Shown here: piece after piece, positions 10,261 to 21,035 of the stretch
Layout: every line of letters begins with the position of its first letter
Numbering within the stretch: the first letter of the stretch is position 1
Origin: Candidatus Altimarinota bacterium
GTDB lineage: Bacteria; Patescibacteriota; Gracilibacteria; 1-14-2-50-48-13
Reading direction: 5' to 3'
NCBI GenBank assembly: GCA_046314355.1
Contig: JBKBWQ010000001.1
Location: 704,001-768,000 of the forward strand
Length of the DNA stretch: 64,000 nucleotides
The notes under the pieces: model-generated
Told to the model about the DNA's origin: nothing
Database searches by the model: none
Seen by the model: only the letters and a program-made list of their open reading frames with translations
Translations under genes and position numbers: made by a program

Positions 10261-11517
10261 ATGTTTGGAATGGATCCATCGAGCATCATAACTACAATAA
10301 TGAATTATACAATTGGAGGTCTCCTCTCTCTTGTATCACTTCTTATTTGGGGATTTTTGTTCTATAGAAAAGATCCTGAAAGAAAAGATCTTACTATTCT
10401 ATCTTTCTGTGCAGGTGTACTTTCTGTAATTCCTATATTTACAGTACTTGGTAGTTTCGGATCAAGCCCTATTACCTTCGGACAGCTCAATATCGCAGGT
10501 CTGAACGTCTACACTCATATAGAAGCAATCGCAAATCATGGTGGTATGGAGCGTCTGCTCATCTATATCATTGTATGTATTCTCGCCTTCTTCCTGATGT
10601 ATGTCATCGTAGGAGTTATCATATTCATCCTTGATATTTTTTCAGGTGAACAAAGTGTACGGTCTTATGAGAAGATACTTTCAAGAAGTTTTGAAGCTCC
10701 ATTCATATTCATCACTTTAGGTATCATCATTGGTTTACTGGCATATTTCCTAGACTGGTCGCTCAATCATGTACTCTGGAAATCTTTGATGATTGGTGCG
10801 GTAGAAGAGTTTGCCAAACATCTCGTAGTACGTTTTTCAAATGAAAATAAATTTAGAAATATTAACGATGCGATAGAGTTTAGTATTATCGTTGCGCTCG
10901 GTTTCGCCTTTCTAGAAAATATTCTCTACTTTGTAGATAGAATCTGGCTTGCTCCATGTAATGCAGAAGAAATACGGCTTGGAGAATGTCTTTTTAATCC
11001 AAAGACAGGTACGTATATCCATCAAGTGGGCTATCTTCTTGTACCTTTCATATTTAGATCCTTTTTCTCTACGCTTGCCCATGTGATTTCATCAGGTCTA
11101 TTTGGATATTTTTATGGTCTGGCAACCTTTTCAAGTGAGGAAGTAAAAGATTATGCAAAAAGACCACAAAGCTTTCAGTTTAAAATACTTTCATGGTTTC
11201 ATAGGATCCTTCATCTAAAAGCTGATATCATTTATAGAGAGGAAAAAATACTTGAAGGTGCCATCATAGCAATGGTCTATCATGGAATCTTTGACTTCGT
11301 ACTGGATGCGGAAGTGGCAAAGTACTCCACAGAGCATTTTGGTATAAGCAGTATGGCACTCATCGCTCCGATGACCTTCGTCGGACTCTTTTACCTCTTC
11401 CACCTTTTCAATCAGCCCCGCAATAAGATTATATGGAATCAGAACCAGGTGCTTGGTGAACGTACAGAACTGCGTCTCATGAGAGAAGAATTGAAAAAGA
11501 AATTGAACATACAGTAA
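10261..11517 (+). CDS. PrsW-family intramembrane glutamic protease
   Basis: Multiple TM helices; VEEFAK, ALGFAFLEN, AHV and YHGIFD motifs. Confidence 0.8.
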   Translation: MFGMDPSSIITTIMNYTIGGLLSLVSLLIWGFLFYRKDPERKDLTILSFCAGVLSVIPIFTVLGSFGSSPITFGQLNIAGLNVYTHIEAIANHGGMERLLIYIIVCILAFFLMYVIVGVIIFILDIFSGEQSVRSYEKILSRSFEAPFIFITLGIIIGLLAYFLDWSLNHVLWKSLMIGAVEEFAKHLVVRFSNENKFRNINDAIEFSIIVALGFAFLENILYFVDRIWLAPCNAEEIRLGECLFNPKTGTYIHQVGYLLVPFIFRSFFSTLAHVISSGLFGYFYGLATFSSEEVKDYAKRPQSFQFKILSWFHRILHLKADIIYREEKILEGAIIAMVYHGIFDFVLDAEVAKYSTEHFGISSMALIAPMTFVGLFYLFHLFNQPRNKIIWNQNQVLGERTELRLMREELKKKLNIQ

Positions 11518-11533
11518 TCAAATATGTTTTAGA

Positions 11534-11574
11534 CATAAAAAAGCCGCTGCGTTAAACGCAGCGGCTTTTTTATG
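11534..11574. terminator. Bidirectional intrinsic terminator
   Basis: CATAAAAAGCCGCTGCGTT-A-AACGCAGCGGCTTTTTATG between convergent genes. Confidence 0.85.
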
Positions 11575-11583
11575 AATAGATGA

Positions 11584-11979
11584 TTATGCATCCATCATAT
11601 CACCTCCATCATTGAATGATGGTCGGCTGTTGTATCCTCCTCGGTCTCCTCCGAAATCTCGGCGTCCACCTCCGAATCCACCTCGATCTCCTCCTCCGAA
11701 TGAACGGCGAGGTCGATCTTCCATTGGTCGAGCCTGACTAACTCGTACAGTTCGTCCGAATGGTTCGCTCTTGTTGTCGAAGAATGCAATAGCATCTTCT
11801 ACCTGAGCTGGGTTTGCAAGAAGTACAAATCCGAATCCTTTGGACTCGCCTGTCATCTTGTTCATAATTACGCTAGCACCGTTCTCCGCAACTTCAAATC
11901 CTGCGTTAACAAATGCGTCGTGAAGTTCTTCTTTAGTAGTGGAATAAGGTAGTCCTCCTACGAAAAGCTTTGGTTCCAT
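11584..11979 (-). CDS. RRM-domain RNA-binding protein with Gly/Arg-rich tail
   Basis: RNP2 KLFVGGL, RNP1 KGFGFV and RGG repeats; start taken at ATG 11979. Confidence 0.9.
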   Translation of the reverse strand: MEPKLFVGGLPYSTTKEELHDAFVNAGFEVAENGASVIMNKMTGESKGFGFVLLANPAQVEDAIAFFDNKSEPFGRTVRVSQARPMEDRPRRSFGGGDRGGFGGGRRDFGGDRGGYNSRPSFNDGGDMMDA

Positions 11980-12261
11980 GTGACTTGGGATAAAGCTAAA
12001 AATATAGAATAGGCAGTCTTTCACCTCTTCCACCCAAATCTTTATGTATAAACGTAAAGAGCTTTGTAGTTTCGTGATTCTTATGGTTTCACGGGGGAAT
12101 CAAGATTCTGATACTTACCTATACTTATTGTACTCTATGTTAGCCCATTTGCAAGAGAAAGTCGGGGCTCAAGTAAGGAAGTAAGTAGTGATTCAGTAAT
12201 TAAGAATACCACTTAATGCTAGAAAAAACCTCCCTAATTCTTATGTCCTATTTCCCAATTC

Positions 12262-12867
12262 CTAATTCCTCTGAGCCTTTCTAATCCAGTACTTAGCCTC
12301 ATTTTCAGCTTTCTTCTCAATCCTTCTTATCCATTTTTGAAGTTTTTCTTCAGGTACTCTTCCAAATTTAGGTCCTATATACTCAAACATTCTCGGCCAT
12401 ACACCGCAATAAAAGAGAATAAATAGATTCCACACAACCGCAAACGGCATACCTATGCAAAGATATTTCCATGGTGAGCCTCCACCCGTCACAATAACTC
12501 TTCCTGTTTTACCTTTTAATAATCCCTGCGCACCCCATTTTGTATATTTAAAAGCAAAACCTGAAGCAAAATTTCTATCCACGAAGTTCTTGAGCGGAGC
12601 CGGCATTCCTCCCCACCAGAGCGGATGAAAAAAAGCAAGATGCTGTGCGTTATTAATTTTTTCCTGCATTGGAGTAAGATGTTCTGGATCGGCCTTTGTT
12701 TCACTTGGAATCTCAAAGCTCAGATATGGTTCCTGAGATTCTTTTTTATATAGATCCAGTAGCTCAACCGTATGCCCCGCTTCCTCAAGTTTTAATTTAT
12801 ATGCATCTGCGAGTACTCTCACAAATCCTTTTGAGCTTGGATGGGCAATAACAAGAAGTGCGTGCAT
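12262..12867 (-). CDS. NAD(P)H-dependent oxidoreductase (flavodoxin-like fold, MdaB/Ywro type)
   Basis: VIAHP, PLWWGGMPAPLKNFVDR, LLKGK...TGG. Confidence 0.85.
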   Translation of the reverse strand: MHALLVIAHPSSKGFVRVLADAYKLKLEEAGHTVELLDLYKKESQEPYLSFEIPSETKADPEHLTPMQEKINNAQHLAFFHPLWWGGMPAPLKNFVDRNFASGFAFKYTKWGAQGLLKGKTGRVIVTGGGSPWKYLCIGMPFAVVWNLFILFYCGVWPRMFEYIGPKFGRVPEEKLQKWIRRIEKKAENEAKYWIRKAQRN

Positions 12868-13061
12868 ATTTATCAAGAAATTATAGAAGTACCCGAGTTT
12901 GTATCAGAAATAATATAAGCTTATCATAAGTAAGTTAAAAGACATGTCAAAAGAATAATCATTCATGAGCATGTAAGCGCGATTCTACAAAATAAGAAGA
13001 TTTGATTCGACCTGTAGACAAATAAAGAGTATAGTAAACTATTACTTAATATATATATTAT

Positions 13062-13511
13062 ATGGCTATAAGAATCGGCGATCATATTCCCGCCTTCTCT
13101 CTCCCACTTCCAGACGGAAAGTCTTTTGATATATCAAAATCCACAGACAAACATCACGTTATATTTTTCTATCCAAGAGATGAGACTTCAGGATGTATTA
13201 AAGAAGCATGTTCTTTTAGAGATAACTACGAAACATTCCAAAAGGCCGGTGCAGAGGTAATAGGCATCAGTTCTGATTCTAAAAAATCTCATCAACTATT
13301 TCAGAGAAAACACCGTCTTCCCTTCAAGCTTCTAAGCGATGAAGCAGGAAAAGTAAGAAAACTTTTTGGGGTTCCGAAAACTCTTGGATTATTTCCTGGC
13401 AGAGTGACGTACATAGTTGATAAAGAAGGTGTTGTAAGACATATATTCAATTCACAATTTAATGCAGAGCAGCACGTAAAAGAAGCACTGGAAATACTTA
13501 GTAAGATGTAG
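13062..13511 (+). CDS. bcp: Peroxiredoxin (BCP/PrxQ)
   Basis: FFYPRDETSGCIKEACSFRD, GRVTYIVDKEG. Confidence 0.9.
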   Translation: MAIRIGDHIPAFSLPLPDGKSFDISKSTDKHHVIFFYPRDETSGCIKEACSFRDNYETFQKAGAEVIGISSDSKKSHQLFQRKHRLPFKLLSDEAGKVRKLFGVPKTLGLFPGRVTYIVDKEGVVRHIFNSQFNAEQHVKEALEILSKM

Positions 13512-13561
13512 ACAAAACAATAATGTATTTATTCTAAATATACTCTTGCGAAATTTAGTTA

Positions 13562-13584
13562 AGTACCTAATATAATTAGGTACT
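13562..13584 (+). promoter_or_regulatory. Probable MarR operator overlapping a -10 box
   Basis: AGTACCTAAT-ATA-ATTAGGTACT perfect dyad containing TATAAT, just upstream of the marR-ABC operon. Confidence 0.7.
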
Positions 13585-13606
13585 GAAATATATTCACCAA
13601 ATTTCT

Positions 13607-14071
13607 ATGCAGAGAACAGAAATTATACAGGATTTTTTCAGCAATTTGAATACAATGAAACGTCTCCTAATGAAACAACACGGAGATAGTCATATCGCTA
13701 ATCTCCCGACTCACGCACAAATGGGTATTCTCATGACCGTAAGTAAGAGAAAAAATACCAGCATTAAAGATCTTGCACAGGAATTCGGTATCTCCTCAAG
13801 CGCGATCACGCAAATCGTAGATCTGCTTGTGAGAGATGGTCATCTTAGACGTAAAGAAGATCCTCTAGACCGTAGAAAACTCTCAGTATCACTTACCGCT
13901 AAAGGTAAAAAGATCATGGAAGAGGCAAAGAAAATGCGTATGGCTTTCCTTTCAAATATGCTTGAAATCCTCAGCGAAGAAGAACTCTTACAGTTAAAAA
14001 ATATCCAGCAAAAAATTATTGAACATTTACCATCTCATGAAAACAACACCCCCAAAGAAACAAGGTCCTAG
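13607..14071 (+). CDS. MarR-family transcriptional regulator
   Basis: wHTH (DLAQEFGISSSAITQIVDLLVRDG) and DPLDRR...LTAKG. Confidence 0.92.
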   Translation: MQRTEIIQDFFSNLNTMKRLLMKQHGDSHIANLPTHAQMGILMTVSKRKNTSIKDLAQEFGISSSAITQIVDLLVRDGHLRRKEDPLDRRKLSVSLTAKGKKIMEEAKKMRMAFLSNMLEILSEEELLQLKNIQQKIIEHLPSHENNTPKETRS

Positions 14072-15770
14072 CCTAGGCACACTTCTCAAGCCATATATGA
14101 AGTTTATAATACTTCTCATCGTACTTGCCATAGGCAGCAATGGACTGAGTCTTGTACTTCCTCAGCTGATTGCTCATGCAATCGATACCTATACAGCAAC
14201 GTCAACGATTCCAGATGCGAGTATTTGGTACTTTTCGCTAGCAGTGCTTGGCATACTTCTACTCACTTTTGGACAAAGTATCATCCAGACCTATGCTTCT
14301 GAAAAAGTAGCACGGGATCTTCGTGAAGATCTCGCAGCAAAGATATCAAGACAAAGTTATCTTTATATCCAAAATACTAATCCATCCAAACTTCTTACAA
14401 ACTTAACCTCTGATATAGACAGTATTAAGCTCTTTGTCTCACAGATTATCGTATCAATGGTTTCCTCTTTCCTGCTTATTATCGGATCTGCTATTTTTCT
14501 GCTGATGATTGACTGGCAGCTTGCACTCCTGGTACTGATGATTATTCCTCTTATCGGAGGTGCATTCTTTTTTATCTTCAAAAGAATAGGCGCACTTTTT
14601 CTCAAAGCACGAGAGGTTATCGACTGGCTCAATAAAGTAATCAATGAGAGTATCTTAGGTGCTGCACTTATCCGTGTACTTCATGCAGAGAAAATGGAAA
14701 CTGCCAAATTCAATGAAGCAAATACTCAGGCAACTTCTGTCGGACTCCAGATACTTACAATGTTTGCAACACTCATACCTATTATCGTATTCGTCTCAAG
14801 CATGGCAAGCGTTGTCATACTTGTACTTGGTGGATACTTCGTAATCGGAGGTGTCATGACACTTGGTGATTTCACCGCCTTCAATAGTTATCTTGGAATA
14901 CTTGTCTTCCCTATCATCATGATCGGATTTATGAGTAACATGATCGCTCAAGCATCCACTTCATATCATAGAATTTCTGAAGTCCTTGAGGCAGAAGAAA
15001 AAGAACCTGAGGGAGTCATTACAAAAACACTCCAAGGAAAGATCAGTGTTGAAAATATTTCTTTGAATTATGGCGAAAAGAAGACATTAAAGAATATATC
15101 TTTTGAAGTTGCACCAGGAAGCCGCACAGCCATCCTCGGACCAACCGCAGCAGGAAAATCCCAGCTGCTCTATCTCATGACAGGACTAAACCAGCCTTCA
15201 GAAGGTCGCATATTATATGATGATCAGCCGATTTCTGATTATGACCCCATAAGCTTTCACAAGCAGGTAGGATTTGTATTCCAGGACAGTGTGATATTCA
15301 ATATGTCCATTAGAGAAAATATAGCTTTTAGTTCGGATTCCACAGAAGAAGATCTCCAAAAAGCCATCAAGACTGCTGAACTTGAAGATTTCATTACTTC
15401 CCTTCCTGAAGGTCTAGAAACAATTGTATCAGAAAGAGGGGCATCACTCTCCGGAGGACAAAAGCAGCGTATTATGCTCGCACGTGCACTTACACTCAAT
15501 CCTCGCATACTTCTCTTAGATGACTTTACAGCCCGGGTAGATACTCAGACAGAACAAAAGATTCTTGAAAATATGAAAAAATATTATCCAGATCTCACTC
15601 TTGTATCTATTACCCAAAAAGTAGCAGCCATAGAATCATACGAACAAATCCTTCTCCTAATGGAAGGAGAACTGCTCACTTCAGGTACACACAAGGAGCT
15701 TCTCCACACCTCACCTGAATACGTACAAATTTATAATTCCCAAAAGAGTACAAACCATTATGAACTATAA
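14037..15770 (+). CDS. ABC exporter, fused TMD-NBD subunit with degenerate site
   Basis: Walker A GPTAAGKS, LSGGQKQR, Walker B LLLDD, switch His replaced by Gln (ITQK). Confidence 0.92.
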   Translation: MKTTPPKKQGPSLGTLLKPYMKFIILLIVLAIGSNGLSLVLPQLIAHAIDTYTATSTIPDASIWYFSLAVLGILLLTFGQSIIQTYASEKVARDLREDLAAKISRQSYLYIQNTNPSKLLTNLTSDIDSIKLFVSQIIVSMVSSFLLIIGSAIFLLMIDWQLALLVLMIIPLIGGAFFFIFKRIGALFLKAREVIDWLNKVINESILGAALIRVLHAEKMETAKFNEANTQATSVGLQILTMFATLIPIIVFVSSMASVVILVLGGYFVIGGVMTLGDFTAFNSYLGILVFPIIMIGFMSNMIAQASTSYHRISEVLEAEEKEPEGVITKTLQGKISVENISLNYGEKKTLKNISFEVAPGSRTAILGPTAAGKSQLLYLMTGLNQPSEGRILYDDQPISDYDPISFHKQVGFVFQDSVIFNMSIRENIAFSSDSTEEDLQKAIKTAELEDFITSLPEGLETIVSERGASLSGGQKQRIMLARALTLNPRILLLDDFTARVDTQTEQKILENMKKYYPDLTLVSITQKVAAIESYEQILLLMEGELLTSGTHKELLHTSPEYVQIYNSQKSTNHYEL

Positions 15771-17514
15771 ACTTAACCAAGATACAGCCCAGAAAAAAGT
15801 CGGTACACTGGAAGCCAGCAAAAAGCTTCTTCCGTTACTTAAAGGAGAAGAAAAGCAGATTGCCATATCTGCAGTTGCTCTTCTATTCAATTCAGCGACA
15901 AATCTTATTGCCCCGCTTATTATCGGACTAACAGTAGACAAGTATATACAGACCGGAGATTTCGGAGGAGTGCTTTATTGGGCAGCTATACTTTCTGTAT
16001 TATTCTTGATTGGACTTGCCACAAACTACATACAGACCAAAGTCATGGGAGGAGTAGGACAGCGTATTCTTTTTAAATTAAGAAACAAAATCTTTCTTAA
16101 ACTGCAGGAGCTACCTATCGCTTTTTTTAATCAAAACAAAGCAGGAGATCTTATCTCTCGTATCAATAACGATACAGATAAACTTAACCAGTTTTTCTCA
16201 CAAGCGCTTACGCAGTTTATTGGAAATCTCTGTATCATGATAGGTACTGGTCTTTTCATTCTGTTCATTCACATAAAACTTGGCGCTGCTGCTCTCTTCC
16301 CTGCACTACTCTTACTTATCTTTACTCAGCTGATTTCACCATGGGTAAAGAAAAAGAATAGTGAAAACCTGAAAAGTACTGGTGGATTAAGTTCAGAGAT
16401 TCAGGAAAGTTTAAATAATTTTAAAGCAATCATTGCCTTTAATAGAAGAGATTATTTTAGAAAACGATTCAATGAAGCGAATACAAAAAGCTTTCAGACA
16501 GGAATCTGGGCAGGAATAGCAAATACTATATTCACTCCTATTTATGCGCTCTCATATAACATCGCACAAATCATCGTACTTGGTTATGGAATCTATCTGA
16601 TTTCCCAGGGAGACTTTACAATAGGACTTCTAATTAGTTTCTTTACTTATCTCAGCAGATTCTATGATCCGCTTAGACACCTGGCTGCCCTATGGGCATC
16701 ATTTCAGGTAGCTCTTGCAGGATGGGATCGTATCAGTAGCATTCTTTCTCTAGAGACTGATCTCACACAAATAGAAGATACTTCGAAGAAATCATCAGAT
16801 GCTGTTCTTGAGTTCAAAAACGTAAGCTTTACCTATCCAGAAGGCAAGCATGTACTCTCAAATATCAACTTTACATTAGATCATGGCAAGACTTATGCAC
16901 TTGTGGGACCTACAGGAGGCGGAAAGACAACTACAGCATCCCTCATGGCGCGTCTCTTTGACCCTACAGAAGGAACTGTGCTCCTCAACGGCAAAGACAT
17001 CAGATCATATACTTCAGAGGAACGTACGGCGAAAATCGGATTTATTCTTCAGGAACCATTTCTTTTTAGCGGAACGTTAAAGGATAATATTCTCTATGGA
17101 AATGATGAGTACAACAATACAGATACTGAGAGTTTGAAGAAGACACTCACAGATGCGGGACTAGATACTTTACTCTCTCAGTTCTCAGAGGGACTTGAGA
17201 CAAAGATTACCGGAAACGATGCTATTAGTCTTGGACAGAAACAGCTCATTGCATTTATCAGAGCTGTCCTTAGAAAACCTGAGATTTTGATTTTAGATGA
17301 AGCTACAGCAAATATTGATACTGTTACGGAACAGCTCCTTGAAACAGTTCTTACGCAGCTTCCAAAGAGTACAACACGGGTCATCATTGCTCATAGACTT
17401 AATACTATTGAAGCTGCTGATGAGATTTTCTTTGTAAATGGAGGAAGTCTGACGCTTGCTCATTCTATGGAGGAAGCAGTGCATATGCTGTTGGATGAGA
17501 AGAAGGAGAGTTAA
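15760..17514 (+). CDS. ABC exporter, fused TMD-NBD subunit (heterodimer partner)
   Basis: GPTGGGKTT, ISLGQKQL, ILDEAT, IAHRL; overlaps the upstream partner gene. Confidence 0.92.
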   Translation: MNYKLNQDTAQKKVGTLEASKKLLPLLKGEEKQIAISAVALLFNSATNLIAPLIIGLTVDKYIQTGDFGGVLYWAAILSVLFLIGLATNYIQTKVMGGVGQRILFKLRNKIFLKLQELPIAFFNQNKAGDLISRINNDTDKLNQFFSQALTQFIGNLCIMIGTGLFILFIHIKLGAAALFPALLLLIFTQLISPWVKKKNSENLKSTGGLSSEIQESLNNFKAIIAFNRRDYFRKRFNEANTKSFQTGIWAGIANTIFTPIYALSYNIAQIIVLGYGIYLISQGDFTIGLLISFFTYLSRFYDPLRHLAALWASFQVALAGWDRISSILSLETDLTQIEDTSKKSSDAVLEFKNVSFTYPEGKHVLSNINFTLDHGKTYALVGPTGGGKTTTASLMARLFDPTEGTVLLNGKDIRSYTSEERTAKIGFILQEPFLFSGTLKDNILYGNDEYNNTDTESLKKTLTDAGLDTLLSQFSEGLETKITGNDAISLGQKQLIAFIRAVLRKPEILILDEATANIDTVTEQLLETVLTQLPKSTTRVIIAHRLNTIEAADEIFFVNGGSLTLAHSMEEAVHMLLDEKKES

Positions 17515-17528
17515 GAGAAAGTGTATAA

Positions 17529-17568
17529 TTTAAAAAGCATCCGCTGGATTCAGTGGGTGCTTTTTAAA
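17529..17568. terminator. Intrinsic terminator
   Basis: TTTAAAAAGCATCCGCTG...CAGTGGGTGCTTTTTAAA after the ABC operon. Confidence 0.7.
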
Positions 17569-17606
17569 TGGTAGATTATTTTTCTACTACTTCATATAGA
17601 TACCCC

Positions 17607-17688
17607 GTAGGGCTCAGAGTATGAGTGATAGCGTGCGTACTTAGTAGTGAGGGATAAATTTTTTTACGTCTCAATACAAAAAAAGAGC
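17607..17688 (-). repeat. tRNA-downstream conserved motif, copy 1 (inverted relative to 23029-23106)
   Basis: Exact 22-bp match AGACGTAAAAAAATTTATCCCT (17650-17671, minus strand) plus similar flanks ending GAGCCCTAC. Confidence 0.8.
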
Positions 17689-17742
17689 CTTCTACCTACG
17701 AAGTACTAATTACACACTACTCTAATTTTTTCAAAAAATTTA

Positions 17743-17817
17743 TGGCTTCGGGGGAGGGATTCGAACCCTCGACCTGCCGGTTAACAGCCGGATGCTCTAC
17801 CGCTGAGCTACCCCGAA
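17743..17817 (-). tRNA. tRNA-Asn(GTT)
   Basis: Cloverleaf TTCGGGGTAGCTCAGCGGTAGAGC...CGGCT-GTT-AACCG...GGTTCGAATCC...CCCCGAAGCCA with encoded CCA. Confidence 0.97.
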
Positions 17818-17885
17818 ATAATTTCTTACATAAGACACTTCCTGAGTATAGTAATGGCTTGAAAAAATGCAAGAAAAAGTGAAAA

Positions 17886-18953
17886 TTAATAATCTCGGTC
17901 GTATACCCGGGTCTTTTTACGCTTTCTAAGTTTTCTAATTCTGAATACTCCTACCGTACTTATAATCATTGCTAGCGCAGAAGCATATCCTCCTGCATAC
18001 ATATGAGATTTCAGATATCCCCATTTGTCGTAGACAACTTCAAATGGTATGACTAGCGGATCATAAAATGTATCATTTACTGGCTCTTTAAGGGTAAGGA
18101 TAAATTCATGATTACCTTCTTCCAGAGGTACTGTTGGTGACGCAACTATAGTACGCATAGCTGTATCAGAGAGTATTTGTGCTGAAGTAACAATACTGCT
18201 GAAGTATCCCTTCGCTTCAAGCTCCTGTGTAAGCTGCCCCTTAAATCCATGTTCTAGATGATTAAGTACCAATAACGGCTGCATATCAAATCCTGGTGAC
18301 ACAGACTGATTATTGAATTCTATACTTGAAAGTAGGTTTCTATACGATTCGGGCATACATTGAAGCTCAATAGTACTTAAAGTGATACTTTTAAATAGAA
18401 TATTAAATTTCATATTCTGCTCATGCATACAAAATCCATCAAGAGAAACCACTTCATGAAATACTCCTCTTTTATCTGAATGAAGCGGTACATTAAACGC
18501 CAGACCGCTTTCGCTTTCAAAGGCAAGAACAACCTGCGATTCAGGAATGCCGTAGAGACCTTTTACATATACACTTGTCCCCTTCACAGATGCTTCCTCG
18601 GGCAAGCTTACTAAACGAATATTTAAAGGATCTTTGATATCTTTATTAGAAAAAAGAGCACTATCATACTTTGTGGGATCAGTTCCAAATTCGTAGAACT
18701 CTTCTCCATCAGAGTATCCGTCTTGATCAGTATCCTTTTCCTCTGAGGAAGTACCCAGATCTGCTTCCTGCAGATTAGTCAGTCCATCATGATCGGCATC
18801 ATCTATACTCTTTGTCAGATGTGTATAATATTCATCTAGCGAAAGAGAGCTCGCATATACAGTAGGAGAAGCATTTATTATAATTAAAACAAAAGCCAGC
18901 ACGATGCTGACAGCTCTAATAGCCGATTTTTTATATGTATATTTTGTCAACAC
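17886..18953 (-). CDS. Exported, membrane-anchored protein with Asp-rich calcium-binding (TSP3-like) repeats
   Basis: Signal/TM segment, DADHDGLTN and DTDQDGYSDGEE motifs, C-terminal TM helix with basic tail. Confidence 0.7.
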   Translation of the reverse strand: MLTKYTYKKSAIRAVSIVLAFVLIIINASPTVYASSLSLDEYYTHLTKSIDDADHDGLTNLQEADLGTSSEEKDTDQDGYSDGEEFYEFGTDPTKYDSALFSNKDIKDPLNIRLVSLPEEASVKGTSVYVKGLYGIPESQVVLAFESESGLAFNVPLHSDKRGVFHEVVSLDGFCMHEQNMKFNILFKSITLSTIELQCMPESYRNLLSSIEFNNQSVSPGFDMQPLLVLNHLEHGFKGQLTQELEAKGYFSSIVTSAQILSDTAMRTIVASPTVPLEEGNHEFILTLKEPVNDTFYDPLVIPFEVVYDKWGYLKSHMYAGGYASALAMIISTVGVFRIRKLRKRKKTRVYDRDY

Positions 18954-19228
18954 TTAGGAGGGGATAAATGTTTGCTACAGTCATTAAATATTATATTCTA
19001 CACTAAATTATGTTAAAATACAATTTTTTGTAAGTTTGTTAATTTACTTTTATACTACTAGTTAAAAATAATATTTTTATATTATGTATACCTTATACTA
19101 CTATCTGGAATAAAAACTATTAGATAGTGCACACAAAATCACTACTCTTTTCAGCTTCAAAAAAAGAGAGATTACTGATCTTAGTACCTAAGTTCAATAC
19201 TCTCTCTCCTCTTCAAAACAAAATTTAA

Positions 19229-20473
19229 CTACTTTCTCTTAAACTTGATGATCTCTCTACCTACAAACTGCTCTCCTCGTACATACATTATCGTACCTTC
19301 CTGAGTATACGATCCGCGTAATGTTTTATCAATCCCGGCAGTATTTGAGACAAGCGGCATGACATAGAAACTATTTTTTTGAGCAAGGGAGAAAATCTCT
19401 CTGCATCTCAAAAATTTTCCATCTGAGAGTATATGTATCGGAAAAGCTGCTACAATCTCTATCTCTGCTTTCTGTAAGTTAAGAAACTCAAAAAAAGCCT
19501 TCCAGATTTCCATGATCTTTTTTTGTTCCTCATTAGTTTCCTCTCTAGTAGGATGCAGTCCTCTAAAATTCTTCCCCAGATATCCTTCAGTGACTATTAC
19601 TTTAGGCAATTGACCATTGAGCACAGGGATATGACGAATACTTGTCACATCCTCCATCTGAACGGTATAAGGCACATCAGATGCGCGCTCATACTGACTC
19701 TGTGTGATCATCCATCCCACATTTGCTTCTGAATGCCCTACCATTACATCACTATAATCACTTCCTATAATAGAGCGTCTCTGCAGCAGTGACTCCATAA
19801 GAACTGTTCCGCTTCCGCAAAAAGGATCCCAAACGGGTTCATAGTACTTTTCTTCTCTTGCAAGATTCAGCATAGACTGCGCAAGCTTTGGAGGAAGCAT
19901 ACCATTTCTAGAATCCCTATGAGGACGTCTCATATCCCTATACGCATAGCTATCTATATTCTGAGACCAAAGACCAACTCCAAGGTAGAATATTCCATTC
20001 TTCTCACAGCAGATAAGATCTACCCCTTTATCATAGATACCCTCAGAGTTTAGAAATGCTTCCGCAGGATTCTTATCTATCCGTTTATTCAAAAATCTTC
20101 TTTTACCTGAAATAAAAAAAGCACTTTCCTTCTTTATTTCTAAAAGAAGCTCTTTCTGCACTTTTTTTTCTTTCCCATATACTGACACAGCATAGATCAA
20201 TTTATCTTCTATTACTTGCTCCTTACAAAAATTCTTCACCACATCCACTGCCCGAGGAAGCAAATCTTCTCTCGAAGATGAATCATAAATCTCTGCAAAT
20301 TTAATGATTCCTCCAAAATCATCAGGGAAAAAAGATGGAAATTCATCTGCCTCAATAATCAGAAAATCTCTGTCACACGCGACAATATTTGGCTTGTAGT
20401 CAAAGATAGACAACACCTCCGCAATTGACAGTATGGGGTTGTGACCTAAGATAAAAGCATATTTTTTTTTCAT
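19229..20473 (-). CDS. TRM11-like SAM-dependent RNA methyltransferase
   Basis: GMLPPKLAQSM, WDPFCGSGT, IVTEGYLG; start taken at ATG 20473. Confidence 0.8.
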   Translation of the reverse strand: MKKKYAFILGHNPILSIAEVLSIFDYKPNIVACDRDFLIIEADEFPSFFPDDFGGIIKFAEIYDSSSREDLLPRAVDVVKNFCKEQVIEDKLIYAVSVYGKEKKVQKELLLEIKKESAFFISGKRRFLNKRIDKNPAEAFLNSEGIYDKGVDLICCEKNGIFYLGVGLWSQNIDSYAYRDMRRPHRDSRNGMLPPKLAQSMLNLAREEKYYEPVWDPFCGSGTVLMESLLQRRSIIGSDYSDVMVGHSEANVGWMITQSQYERASDVPYTVQMEDVTSIRHIPVLNGQLPKVIVTEGYLGKNFRGLHPTREETNEEQKKIMEIWKAFFEFLNLQKAEIEIVAAFPIHILSDGKFLRCREIFSLAQKNSFYVMPLVSNTAGIDKTLRGSYTQEGTIMYVRGEQFVGREIIKFKRK

Positions 20474-20479
20474 GAATAT

Positions 20480-20977
20480 ATGTTGACTGACAATGTATAT
20501 AATACGTTTTCTTCCCATCTGCCTCGCATACTAGTGATTACATCTATCTGCGCCACACTGGTATTTGGTTTCTTTTGCGGTTCATTCTACGCAAATATGA
20601 AAGAAGTTCCCTCTTATCCTATACAATTTATCGACGATATCAACCCGTATGTACCTTATCTAAAAATTTTAGGTCTTGAGAATAACCAGCTGCAGATAGA
20701 AACAAAAGATCATTCAATACGAATAGAGAATGGTGAGGACATTCTCAATGCACCAGCCAATACTCCTTTTACAGTACCAATAGCAAATATTTTAGCTTCT
20801 TCTGACTCGCCTGCCGCTCTCCCGGCATCATCCTGCGCCTATGCTGCCGCAAAGACAGGTAAGTATTTATACTCGGCAGAAAGTACCCAAGCTCAGAGAC
20901 TCTCTGCAAGTAAAAGATGTTTTGCAAGTATTGCTGAAGGAGAAAAAGCAGGACTAGTACTTTGGGAGAAGAAATAA
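20480..20977 (+). CDS. Membrane-anchored hypothetical protein with degenerate Ada-metal-binding-like C-terminus
   Basis: N-terminal TM helix; C-terminal YAAAKTGKYLY...RCFASIAEGEKAG. Confidence 0.55.
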   Translation: MLTDNVYNTFSSHLPRILVITSICATLVFGFFCGSFYANMKEVPSYPIQFIDDINPYVPYLKILGLENNQLQIETKDHSIRIENGEDILNAPANTPFTVPIANILASSDSPAALPASSCAYAAAKTGKYLYSAESTQAQRLSASKRCFASIAEGEKAGLVLWEKK

Positions 20978-21035
20978 TTGTTATTTGCAGCTCAGTTCTT
21001 TTCCAGTAGAATAGAGCAAATATTAGCCTTATTGT

